24,433 bases of DNA from Octopus sinensis (taxonomy: Eukaryota): positions 1 to 24,433 of the forward strand of contig NW_021836375.1 of NCBI RefSeq assembly GCF_006345805.1. The letters run 5' to 3'. The position numbers were made by a program, and so were the translations under genes. This document shows positions 1 to 11,584 of this stretch, piece by piece. Within the stretch, counting starts at the first letter, position 1, and every line of letters starts with the position of its first letter. Below the pieces are notes generated by a model. That model was given only the letters and a program-made list of their open reading frames with translations, made no database searches and had not been told where the DNA came from.

Positions 1-99
1 TTATCAGATAGATAGATATGTACATGGCATGTACGTACTCTGCTCTCAACATTTTCTCACCCACCGTACCTTGTCCACCTGTCTTTCCACGCTCCCAGT

Positions 100-348
100 T
101 TTCCAGTTACCTTATCCTTCTTTTTACATTATCCCCCTTGTACTACGCTCTTTTAATTACTGTCTTTTCTCATCCTTTTGCTGTCTTCTTCTCTGTCGTC
201 CACTGCCTCGTTTCAGTTTTCTTTCTTTTCTCCTTTTTCTCTCCGTTTCGCTCAACGTCCTTTTTATATTTTGCAATCACGAACTCACTTATATTATGTC
301 TGTTACTTACCCTCTACCGTTATCTAATCCTCTCTCCTCACCCTATCC

Positions 349-381
<33 letters not shown>

Positions 382-781
382 ATCTATCCGTTTTGCTCTT
401 AATCTCTCTTTCTCTCTGTCATTTGCTTAACTTTTATCTCTCTGTCTCTCTTCTTTCCTCTATCTCTTTCTAATTCATCATTTTGCTTTCTCATTCAAGT
501 TCTCTCTCATCGCTCTCTCTTTTTCTCATTCATCCCTTTCTCTCTCTCTCATTTTCTCTTTCATTCAAGTTGTTTCTCCTTCTCTCTATCTCATCTCTCT
601 AAGTTTTGCTCTTAATCTCTCTCCCTCTCCCTCTCTCTCTCTCTGTTTGTCTCTTGCTTAATTCTCTCTCTCGTTTTCTTTCTCTCTTTTTCTCTCTCTC
701 TATCTCCCTCGCTCAATCCCTGTTTTTCTCTTTCTCGTTCATCCATTTACTACCTCATTCAAATTCTCCTGTATATCTGTA

Positions 782-813
<32 letters not shown>

Positions 814-1089
814 TCTCTGTATATTTATGTGCCTTTTTCCTCTGTTCTCCTTCTTCCCACTCTCTCCATCTCTCTCCAACTCTCTTTCTTTCTCTCTCCC
901 TCTCTCTTCCTATCTGTCTCTCTAACTCACCCTCACTCAGTCCTTCTTTTTCTCTTTCTCGTTCATCCATTTATTCCCTCGTTCAAGTTCTCTCTCATCC
1001 CCTCTCTCTCTCTCTCTCTCTCTCTCTTTATTTCCCTCTATCTCTATCTGCCTTTTTTCCTCTGTTCTCCCTTTACTCTTCATCTCACT

Positions 1090-1131
<42 letters not shown>

Positions 1132-1208
1132 CCCTCTATCTCTATCTGCCTTTTATCCTCTGTTCTCCCTTTACTCTCCATCTCTCTCTCTCTCTCTCTC
1201 TCCTTCAG
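100..1208. repeat. Polypyrimidine (CT)n-rich low-complexity tract with internal higher-order duplications
   Basis: Almost pure C/T on the + strand. Recurring blocks include GTTTTGCTCTTAATCTCTCT (~390, ~603) and TATCTGCCTTTT(A/T)TCCTCTGTTCTCCCTTTACTCT (~1045, ~1143, variant ~826). Confidence 0.9.
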
Positions 1209-1979
1209 CTCTCAAGCTTCCCCGGCTCTCCGTCCATTACTATTTCCGCTGCTATTGACATCTCCGATATATTGTTTTCTCTTATACAATATTTGACCAA
1301 ACCATTTCTCATGTATTGCACAGAATATCAAAAGCTCGTTACTAAATTTGTCTTTATTTGTCCAAACTGTTTGCACGTCTTCAGCTATATCGACCAACGG
1401 CGAAGCAATCTCATTATTCATAGCATTGCCTTCGTACTCTCGCCTGTATTACAGTAATAGACTTTCTCATAGTCAAACACTTTTCTACAAATATGAAAAT
1501 CCCCGTGTCTATAGAAGCCTTTTTACATATGCTCACTGTTAGTTTAGCTTTGCTCATCATCTTCATCATCATCATAATCATCATCATTATTATTATTATC
1601 ATTGTTATTATTACAACAAAAAATTTCTTTTGTTTCGAATCAGTTTTCGTTTTTTGCTCTTTTCTTTTGTTGTTGTTGTTGTTGTTGTTTTTGCTCATTA
1701 TTATTTTTCCACTTTGGTATATAAACATCAGCTACATTCAATGGATCATGTGTGTACATAAAAGAGATTGCACATATCTAACCCCGCCAAACCCCGCGCT
1801 GCCGCCTCGCCACTCCGCCTCAACTCACCCCACGCACCCAGCTCACCCGCCATATTTGATCACTTATCTGTTTACTTTAAAATGCTTGTTAATATATGTT
1901 TGTTTAGGAAATTAAGTTAATATTTTCCTTCGTTTCGTGGTGGCCATCACAGATCCTATCGTAGTCATTTATACGAGTG

Positions 1980-2079
1980 TTATGTATGCATGAGTATGTA
2001 TGTATTATGTATGCATGTATGTATATACGTATCATTTTATGCTTAAATATCAGCATTTGGATGTATGCGTATATATACA

Positions 2080-2165
<86 letters not shown>

Positions 2166-2196
2166 TTATATATATATATATTATATATATATTATA

Positions 2197-2238
<42 letters not shown>

Positions 2239-2525
2239 CATATATATCTACATACTCACAAACATATATATATATCTATGTATGTATATATGCATGTATA
2301 TATTTAAATATATATATACACACAACACGCACATATATATATATGTATATATGTATGTATATAAATGCCTGCAGGAATGTATGAATCCATACCTGTGCAT
2401 ATATATGTACATGTATATGTATTATATATATATATATTATAATATTATATATTATAATATATATATATATACACACATATATATTTATATGTGTGTGTAT
2501 GTATGTATGTATGTATGTGTATATA

Positions 2526-2570
<45 letters not shown>

Positions 2571-2665
2571 TTATTTATATATATGCGTGTGGTGTGTGTA
2601 TGTATGTAGTATTATGTATGTATGTATGTATGTATGTATGTATGTGTGTATGTATGCATGCATGC
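1980..2665. repeat. (TA)n / (TATG)n / (TG)n compound microsatellite
   Basis: Directly visible. Confidence 0.95.
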
Positions 2666-3008
2666 CTGATCTCTGTCGAACAAGCGTCTTCAAAAGGCCG
2701 GCAGTTAATATCGAGTTTAGTTTGATTTTGCCATATTCATCAGATTCATCAAAATGGCGGACTGCCTTGGGAATACTGGACGCAGATATAGTCCACATCA
2801 TCACTAGGGTATTGGATAATATTTCTCCCTGATCAAACTGGAATGTTTTAGATGAAACCAGATTAAACAGGTCATCATCCGCAAATAAGTATTCGTCAAA
2901 ATAGTTACCCACTATTGATGAGTTTAAAGTAGTTTTGATAGATGAATGGAAAAACAAACCAAGCAGTTCTTGGTTCATATTCCGTAATCGGAAGGGGTAT
3001 TTTATCAC
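2666..3008 (-). other. Non-repetitive open frame of ~114 codons, product unknown (candidate exon, pseudogene or TE/viral remnant)
   Basis: Reads [112 protein letters not shown]. Composition is protein-like and a diverged paralogous copy lies at 3382-3510. No canonical splice donor is seen. Confidence 0.3.
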
Positions 3009-3872
3009 AAGGGGTATTTTATAATAGGTAATATTTACCCCCGGTTAAGATATGATGATGCGTTAGAAAACAGAATAGTGCGATAGTTATCATGAGAGGA
3101 ATTTCTATATTGGCTTTCGATGCATATCGCTAACAGTTATTTATGATCAGCGATGGCGAAGTCCCGTAATCAGATTGTCTCGGCGGTGACGATTGCAGAT
3201 AATTTATCTCCCCGCTAGCGATGTAAATAAGAGCGCTTATATACACCGAAACCCAATATGTGAGTTTCTCTCGTGGTAACTATAACAGTATTTTGTGTTC
3301 TAACACAACACCCACTTTCAAGTAGGGATTAATAATACCTTTTGGTACTAATACTGTTTCTGTCACTAACAATTATATTTTATAATATTTTCCCCTGGAC
3401 AGATTGGAATGCTTTAGAAGAAACCAGATTAAACCCGTTGTTATACGCAAGTTGTTGTTGGTAGTCCATTGGTCTCCGACGATGTCAAAGTCTGTGATCT
3501 GGGCAATGGCAGTGCATGTGACTCCGCGTGTCACTCTGCGGCTGTTATTCATAAGTGTTCATCAAAATAATTACACCAATTTACGGGCTCAAAGCCACTG
3601 ATTGATAATTGGAAAAACTAACCCAGAAGTTCCTGTTTCTTATCCTGTGATCGGCACTACTTTGTATTACGCTTACGTGCATGTAAAGCAAGACAATCAT
3701 TCACTTTTAACGATCCACTCTAAATATCCTCAAGCAGATGGTAATGGTGGTGGTGGTGGTGGTGGTGGTGTGGGTGGTGGTGGTAGTGGTTGTTGTTTGT
3801 TGTTAAGTTCCATTTCGGCTTTGATTAAACAGGCGCTTCATCAAAAGCGTTCCACCCGTGGTTATGCCCTCT

Positions 3873-4273
3873 CTCTTTTACTCTTTTACTTTGTTTCAGT
3901 CACGTGACTGTAGCCATGTTGGATCACCACCTTTAGTCGAGCAAATCGATCCCAGGACTTATTCTTTGTAAGCCTAGCACTTATTCTATCGGTCTCATTT
4001 GCCGAACAGCTAGGAAGGTTACGAGGACGTAAACATACCAGCATCGGTTGTCAAGCGATGTTGGAGGAGACAAACACAGATACACAGACACACACATATA
4101 TACATATATACGACGGGCTTCTTTCAGTTTCCGTCTACCAAATCCACTCACAAGGCTTTGGTCGGCCCGAGGCTATAGTAGAAGGCACTTGCTCAAGATT
4201 CCACGCAGTGGGACTGAACCCAGAACCATGTGGTTCGTAAGCAAGCTACTTACCACACAGCCACTCCTACGCC
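3873..4273 (-). mobile_element. tRNA-derived SINE, family A (~400 bp, octopus-type), full length
   Basis: Reverse complement begins GGCGTAGGAGTGGCTGTGTGGTAAGTAGCTTGCTT, has a B-box-like GGTTCAGTCCC, an internal TA/CA tract and a (GTAAAAGA)n tail. It is homologous to copies at 4339, 5812, 11585, 12612 and 18455. Confidence 0.9.
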
Positions 4274-4338
4274 ATCTGTTTTTTGTTTGTCTTTGTTTTC
4301 TTTTTTTTTCGGATTTACTTTATCACGATTACATCTCT

Positions 4339-4745
4339 CAGGCGTGGCGGTGCTGTTGAGAAACTTGCTTCCCAACGATGTGGTTTTGGGTTCAGTCCTA
4401 CTGCGTAGCCAGAAGGGCAATGTTTTATACTATAGCCCCGAACTGACCAAATACTTGTGAGCGAATTAAGTAGACGGAAACTGAAAGAAGCCCTGTGAAT
4501 GCATGTATGTGTGGGTGGGTTTATCTATGTGCGTGTCTTTGGGTTTGAATTATGACTGTTCCCTTCTAATGGTTGCCAACTGATGTTGGTTTTTTACGTC
4601 ACCGTAATCTAACGCTTCGGCAAAAGGTGTCCGATAGAAAAAGTACAAGGCTTAGAAAAGAATACTGGGGTCAATTTATTCGACTAAAACTCTTTAAGTC
4701 GGTATGGCCGCATCCAATGAGTGAAGCAAGTATAAAATACAAGAT
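4339..4745 (+). mobile_element. SINE family A, older diverged copy
   Basis: CAGGCGTGGC..AGAAACTTGCTTCCCAAC..GGGTTCAGTCCTACTGCGT..GTAGACGGAAACTGAAAGAAGCCC..TTCGGCAAAA..CCGATAGAA. It is an inverted homolog of 3873-4273. Confidence 0.85.
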
Positions 4746-4824
4746 TAACTCAAATATGATCAGCCGGTGTCAGAACCTCTGCGAATTTTTAGCGAACCTT
4801 TATTTATCCTTATTGCTCTACGTG

Positions 4825-5222
4825 TGAAGGCGCGTGGCTTAGTGTTTAACATGTTCCACGCCTGATCATATGGTTGTGGTTTCCATTCCTGAACTAGGCA
4901 ATACGTTGTATCCAAACACAAAGCACTTCATTTCGCTTTCCTCCAGTCCACTCTGCAGGCAAACATAAGTAAACCTGCGACGGACCAACGCCAGTCCAGG
5001 GAGAAAACATGATTAAATGATTAAACAGGCGCTTTATCAAAAGCGCTCCACCCGTGATTTTACCATCTATTTTCTTGCTTTTTTCGGATATACTTTATCA
5101 CGATTACATCTCACAGGCGTGTGGTTGAGAAACTTGCTTCCCAACGATGTGGTTTTGGGTTCAATCCCACAGAATGAAAAAAAAACCCGGTCTCATTAGA
5201 CTATGGCTCGGGAAGGACCTCT
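4825..5222 (+). mobile_element. SINE family C (tRNA head, CORE-like body), interrupted by a duplicated 150-bp segment at 5018-5170
   Basis: GGCGCGTGGCTTAGTG head and CTCCAGTCCACTC..AAACCTGCGACGGAC body. It is homologous to 24057-24304, and the 3' part appears to resume at ~5171. Confidence 0.7.
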
Positions 5223-5811
5223 GATCTTTTTCTTGCTTTTGTTTCTTGTTTTTTTTTGTTATTGTTACTTTGTTTATTAGTTTAGCGATGTTTCAATCCT
5301 ATATTTTGTCTGAAGTAAGGAGGAATTCACCAGAGAATGTTACCGAGCATTCTAGCCACAAAGAATTTTTTTTTAAGTGGGGACAATAGATGGAGATGTT
5401 GAGACTGCTAGTTGAGTAGAAAGTGATTGGATAGGAAGATAGGAAAAAGCAAAGAATGTGAAGAATAAGAGAGAAATAAAGAGGCAGGTGAAGAAGATAA
5501 AATGAGCGAGCGAAGAGGAGGATGCGACGGTTTGAATACAAGAACTAAATGATACTGACAGATCTTGGAGCAAGTGTCCTGAGTCATATTGATTTAATGA
5601 TGCCCCCTCTATCATTACTGAGATATTAGCTTATTAAGCTCTTTCCATAACATAAAAAATACCATATAAATCTAGAAATAAACCGTGTGTCAACGTATTT
5701 ATTTATCGTTTTTGCGAGATATACTCTAATTAGAATAGATGTAATTCTGATAAATTGCAGATTAGAAATATCAGTCATAACCAGTTCATCGATATTAAGG
5801 AAGTATATATC

Positions 5812-6025
5812 TTTCATCTTGTATTTACTACTTGATTCAGTCATTTAACTGCGGTCATGCTGCAGTAGCGCGTTGAAGAGCACCACCAGCTCTTATTTTG
5901 TTTTGTTTTTTTTCTAAATTTGGTACTTATTCAGTCAGACCGTTTTGCCGATTCACTAAGTCACGGGAATATAAAGAAACCGACAGCGATTGTCAAGCAG
6001 TGGTAGGAGACAGAAACAAACACCC
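5812..6025 (-). mobile_element. SINE family A, diverged 3' half
   Basis: TTCAGTCATTTAACTGCGGTCATGCTG..TTTTGCCGA..CTAAGTCACGGGA..GATTGTCAAGCAGTGG matches the 3' half of the family; followed by CT/CA repeats. Confidence 0.75.
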
Positions 6026-6028
6026 CCC

Positions 6029-6059
<31 letters not shown>

Positions 6060-6189
6060 CTCACTCACTCATAAACACACACACACATACACACACACTC
6101 GTGTACAAACACACATCGTATTTGATTAAATGTCTATTTATTCAGCATTGAATTCAGGTCAAACAACAGCAACAGCGTAATTTTATAGT

Positions 6190-6315
6190 CTAAGAAGCCA
6201 AAGAGAATATTCTTGATCAAGCTTACAATTCAACGAGGAGAAGGATGCAATAAAAGCGTACCATATGCTAAGATCTTTATCTGGCAAAAACTCTTCCTGT
6301 CCAACGATAAGCACA
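6190..6315 (+). mobile_element. Possible highly decayed LINE ORF2 linker fragment
   Basis: Frameshifted translation EAKENILDQAYN/NEEKDAIKAYHMLRSLSGKNSSCPTI loosely resembles the EN-RT linker of APE-type LINEs. This is a resemblance only. Confidence 0.25.
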
Positions 6316-6544
6316 ACTGGTTATTTACAGTTATTGAAATAGCTGCAGTTCGTTTCGTAGGATATGAGCCATAAATAAAGAGCTACTTGCTCAGCTTGGA
6401 ACAGGAGGGAGGAGTTACAATGGACAGTCGTCTAGCTACTACTGCTGACCCGCCGGCGAGAGGTTGTTACATTTTGGTAGCATTTTGCATAGGCAATGGT
6501 CAGTGATGATCTTTCTCGGTGACGAGTGGACAGCCGTCATATCA

Positions 6545-6567
6545 TATATATGTGTGTGTAGTGTGTA

Positions 6568-6641
<74 letters not shown>
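6545..6641. repeat. (GT)n microsatellite, probably the tail of the adjacent SINE
   Basis: Directly visible. Confidence 0.95.
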
Positions 6642-6645
<4 letters not shown>

Positions 6646-6946
6646 CAATGTATTCTGCCGTCGAATACGACGTATGAACGTTCAGCTTTTGCCGAACGAC
6701 CTGCACAAATGATCTGTATATAGTGATCAAATGTTCGTGCCGCACACACACATTGGCTCATTCTCGCCATCAAATCCACGTTGCCTAAACAAGTGCAAGG
6801 TGTACCACACGTCAGGTGTCGAAGTGATTGCTGACCACCGCGAGATGAAATGTTTTGCTCAAGAACAAAAATGCACCACCCGGTATAGGAAGTGAAACCA
6901 CGATCTCATTATTGTGAGTGCAACACCCCAACCACTAGGCCATGCC
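6642..6946 (-). mobile_element. tRNA-derived SINE with a family C-like head and a different 3' region
   Basis: Reverse complement GGCATGGCCTAGTGGTT..CACTCACAATAATGAGATCGTGGTTTCACTTCC..GTTCTTGAGCAAAACATTTCATCTC. The head is shared with 4825 and 24057, and the element ends in (CA)n. Confidence 0.7.
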
Positions 6947-6948
6947 TG

Positions 6949-6992
<44 letters not shown>

Positions 6993-7044
6993 CACACGAT
7001 TGCATGTGTATTGAAAACCAGTGGATTTATTCCACTTAATTTAG

Positions 7045-7280
7045 GTAAATAATCATTCGAACAATCTGTCAGCAGCGACGCCTGCTGGATTCGGCTACTC
7101 CACATTGATAACAGGGAAACACCTTAAAACTAGCCAGTGGATGCCAGACCAGCAACGGAAAGCTGATGACCTCCTCTGTTCGAAGGTTATAATGGACACA
7201 GGTTTGTGAGTCACATAGCTAGCTAGAGGCGATGGCCTCTTGGAACTAATCAGCGGCAACATTCGTCCTATTTATCTGGA
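7045..7280 (+). mobile_element. Possible decayed RTE-clade LINE 3' fragment
   Basis: Frameshifted pieces IRTICQQRRL / LLHIDNRETP / QWMPD / MDTGL / EAMA resemble the RTE C-terminal pattern (IRQRRLRWFGHxxRM...W.P..KR...). Many stops. Confidence 0.35.
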
Positions 7281-7367
7281 CTGCCATCCTAGCATGGTGA
7301 TAACTATTAATATCCAGTACCGCTGCCGTAGTTTCTTTTAGAGAGAATTAGAAATAATGATATTTCT

Positions 7368-7890
<523 letters not shown>

Positions 7891-8499
7891 TGCGTGTGTG
7901 GCATGTCTGAAAGACTTATTTTAATCAACACGGCAACATTTAGAAGCCGAGGCTCATGTGATTGCGAACAAGACACCTCCCCCAAGTATATCCAGTACCA
8001 CTTCGTACCATTTCCATTAAATTTACTTCTCCCCTACCACCGACCTCCAGCCTCCAGCCTCCACCCTCTATCCGCCATCAACCGATACCGATCACAAATT
8101 ATGTCTTTCTCTTCCAGCCTCGCACACACCGCTTAGCATTAAATACATATTAGTTTTTTTCATGTTTTTGTTGGAGTTTTTTTGCGGTCTGCTTCTTATC
8201 TTTTTTTTTAGTTTGCCCTTAAGTTTTGTTTTGATTTTCTTTCAAATTTTTTTTTATATATAATATTAATATTATTTATTTATTTTTTCCTACAAAATTA
8301 ATTATGGTAATTTGGAATGCACCAAATTCTCTCTGAAGAATTCCATAATCCCAATAATACATTTCTGGTATTCCAGTTGCTATGGATATTCTTAAATGTC
8401 GTAGACGTATAATAGTTTAAATGAGAGCAATTTACATACATAGATCGATTCTTGATGAAAAGTAGACAGCATGTAGGTGAATCACCACTTAGCTATATT

Positions 8500-9125
<626 letters not shown>

Positions 9126-9689
9126 TATCTCTCTGTGCCATATGCATTGAGTCTGATATTCAATCGATGTGAATATAATCCGGTTATTAAGTACACAATT
9201 ATAAAAGCTATTGATTGTCATTGTAATTGCTATAGATATTTCGCTGATTGACGTGAGATCGTTCACTCAACCGTATATACCTGCCTTGAATTTATTGATC
9301 TGCAAGCTGTGATTGTAATATACGACTTATCTACAACCTGAGATCACAAAATATGGCTGATCTACAAGCTGCGATCGCAAAATACGACTGATCTGAAAGT
9401 TGTGATCATATTCGTATTGCTCGGTCAACCAATTTATAATTTGTGGCTACATGAGATGACCAGTATAAAAGATTGATTGAAAAGCAGTTATCACATCAGA
9501 TAGATGATCTACAAACTACAATCATATGACTTGACTGATCGACCGGTGTTATCATACGGGAGAATTAATCTACATTTTGTGACGTAAGATGACTGATGTA
9601 CAGGATGTAATAAAATGACTGACTGACTGATCTAAAAGCTGCGATTATATGAAAATAGGGATCTACCTGTTTTGACAATATGGCGTATT

Positions 9690-10400
9690 TGTTTTTTACT
9701 CTGTTTTTTATTTTTATTTATCTACTGAGTCTGGAAGGAGGAGTAGTGCCGATGGATTTTGCAACCCTCTCCTATAGTGATAGAACTGTTGCCATTAATG
9801 TTCCACTTGAACCTATTTTTGTAATTCAACAACTGTGGCTAAGACATGGTCTGGGTGTGAGAACTTGAGAGGCTATATTCTTATTTCTTTATTACCCACA
9901 AGGGGCTAAACATAGAAGGGACAAATAAGGACAGACAAAGGGATTAAGTCGATTACATCGACCCCAGTACATAACTGGTACTTAATTTATCAACCTCGAA
10001 AGGATGAAAGGCAAAGTCGACCTCGGCGGAATTTGAACTCAGAACATAGCGCAGACGAAATACCGCTAAGCATTTCGCCCGGCGCGCTAACGCTTCTGCC
10101 AGCTCGCCAGAGAGGCGACATTCTGAAAAGGAAGAATTAGGTCAGATGATATTGCAAGGCCTGGGTATCGAAAAATACAAATATGCGATGAGGAGGGACG
10201 AGTGATACGGGAGTGCTGAAGTGGAGACTTGAGCCGAGGAACCTCCAAGGAGCAAAGGTAATTATATTAGCGGTAAAAAAAAGAGAGCACGCCTATGGGC
10301 ATAAACTGGAAATGTCTGTGAGTGACTTTATGATTATGAGTTGAGTGATCCATTTCTGTATCTGATCTAGGATACACTGTTGTGGGCCTCACTTGAGCTT
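9690..10400 (-). mobile_element. Decayed 3' end of an APE-type LINE (CR1/L2/Jockey-like), interrupted by a SINE
   Basis: Minus-strand pieces ILDQIQKWITQLII..SLTD / AHRRAL / FYR*YNYLCSLEVPRLKSPLQHSRITRPSSSH / FKWNIN follow the typical post-RT C-terminus (LDRIQKRA..L.HRR....FYRYY.G.CS.EL...R.TR). An A-rich tail lies at ~9690-9722. Confidence 0.7.
9882..10108 (-). mobile_element. SINE family B, full length with 15-bp TSD
   Basis: Reverse complement GGCGAGCTGGCAGAAGCGTTAGCGCGCCGGGCGAAATGC..GAGTTCAAATTCC (B box)..GCCTTTCATCCTTTCG. TSD GAGAGGCTATATTCT (9867-9881) / GAGAGGCGACATTCT (10110-10124), 13/15 identical. Confidence 0.92.
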
Positions 10401-10742
10401 TGCTGAGTATCAATAGTTTATACTCTTCAAATTGTGATCATATGAGATGACAGAACTACAAGTTATCACACGATTGATCTACAAGTGTTGGTCACATGAG
10501 ATAACTAATATACAAGTTTAAATAATACAGGATGAGTGAATTAGCAAATGTGATTATACGCATAACTGTTCAATATTATATGGCAACATGGAATGAATAG
10601 TGTGCAAGTTGAGACCACATGAGATGATCAAGCGGTGACTGTTTTATAAACTGAAATCACACGATGTAGTATATGACCATATAAGATGCATTGCTTATAA
10701 TCTTAGAACAACTGATTTAAATTGGACACTTGACCTACAGTC

Positions 10743-10929
10743 AAAAAGAAAATACAGGAGGATCAGTTAATTATGATTTTATTCAACATATTCTCCTCTC
10801 AGAAGCACACACTTATTGCAGCGGTCCTTCAGCTTTTCTAAGCCCTGTAAAATAAACTTGGAAGGTTGGGCCTCCAGCCAGGCCTTTGGCGATACCCTTA
10901 AGGCCAAGAACTTTCCAGCACCCCTCCTA
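10743..10929 (-). mobile_element. Non-autonomous mariner remnant (transposase C-terminus plus one TIR)
   Basis: 10886-10779 on the minus strand reads KAWLEAQPSKFILQGLEKLKDRCNKCVLLRGEYVE*, the mariner C-terminal motif (W...Q...F...GI.KL..RW.KC....GDYVE). A TIR-like TAGGAGGGGTGCTGGAAAGTTCTTGGCC lies at the right end. Confidence 0.85.
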
Positions 10930-11584
10930 CAGTATTTCACGACATGGGATAACATATCTACAGCTAGTGATCTTTATGAGATGACAGATCTAGGAACTGT
11001 TGTCTCACAAAATAACAGACCTTTAATCTGGATCACATCATGTAAGATGACTAATATACAAGTTCTGAACCCATGGGATGATTTAATCTATAAGCTACAA
11101 TAATATTGGATGGTATGTCTACAAGTTGCTATCACATTAAGCAACTGGTGAGTGATATGTGATCACATGATAACGAATGGTTATTAGTTATTACAATCTG
11201 TGGTTAAATAGGTTGAGTAAACTATAATCTCTGATTACAGCATCACAAGGATGACTGATCTGGAAGCTGTGATCACACGATTTTTGACACGGGTAGAATT
11301 CATATGCATTCTAATTGGAATACAACTGATTACTGTGTAGGCAGGAGAAGATACGAAGAAAGGGAAAAAAAGGAAAGTAAAAAACACAACGAAATAAGAA
11401 CGTAAACTAGAACTATAATTTAATCGATTGATTCCTATCCAAGATTTGTGCTCTAGTACCTAAGGCAGGAATCATTATTTTAACGTCCTCTTGAAATATT
11501 TTCATGTTATCCAGAAATGAAATATCTGAATAATTCAGCAAGTATTAGCAATTATTGTATATATTGTTGATATTTGCGTTTTAA

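Larger units (their letters stand above)
9296..11280 (+). repeat. Degenerate 31-bp tandem array, consensus ~TGATCTACAAGCTGTGATCACATGAGATGAC, in three blocks (~9296-9665, ~10421-10740, ~10930-11280)
   Basis: Unit starts at 9296, 9327, 9358 and 9389 (exact 31-bp spacing), at 9474, 9505 and 9536, and at 10475, 10506 and 10537. The last clear unit is TGATCTGGAAGCTGTGATCACACG at 11256. Confidence 0.85.

Noticed and set aside
18-1296. Long Ser/Leu/Phe-rich ORFs
   Set aside because: Artefacts of the CT-rich tract, which lacks stop codons.
1780-1850. Short GC-rich patch with CCCCGCC boxes as a promoter
   Set aside because: Only ~70 bp, low-complexity C-rich, and no linked gene start.
2000-2725. 241-aa YI/CV-rich ORF and similar ORFs at 6.4-9.2 kb and 15.7-16.1 kb
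   Set aside because: Translations of TA/TG/GATA microsatellites.
2816-2970. Plus-strand WNVLDETRLN and TIDEFKVVLIDEWKN as pogo/Tc1 transposase motifs
   Set aside because: The motifs belong to different families, are too close together and are separated by stops; the open frame is on the opposite strand.
7163-7195. CTGATGA as a hammerhead ribozyme core
   Set aside because: No GAAA follows the putative stem II and no stems I/III are evident.
9296-11280. CRISPR array interpretation of the 31-bp palindromic repeat
   Set aside because: Eukaryotic context, highly divergent repeats, ~11-bp related linkers and no cas genes.
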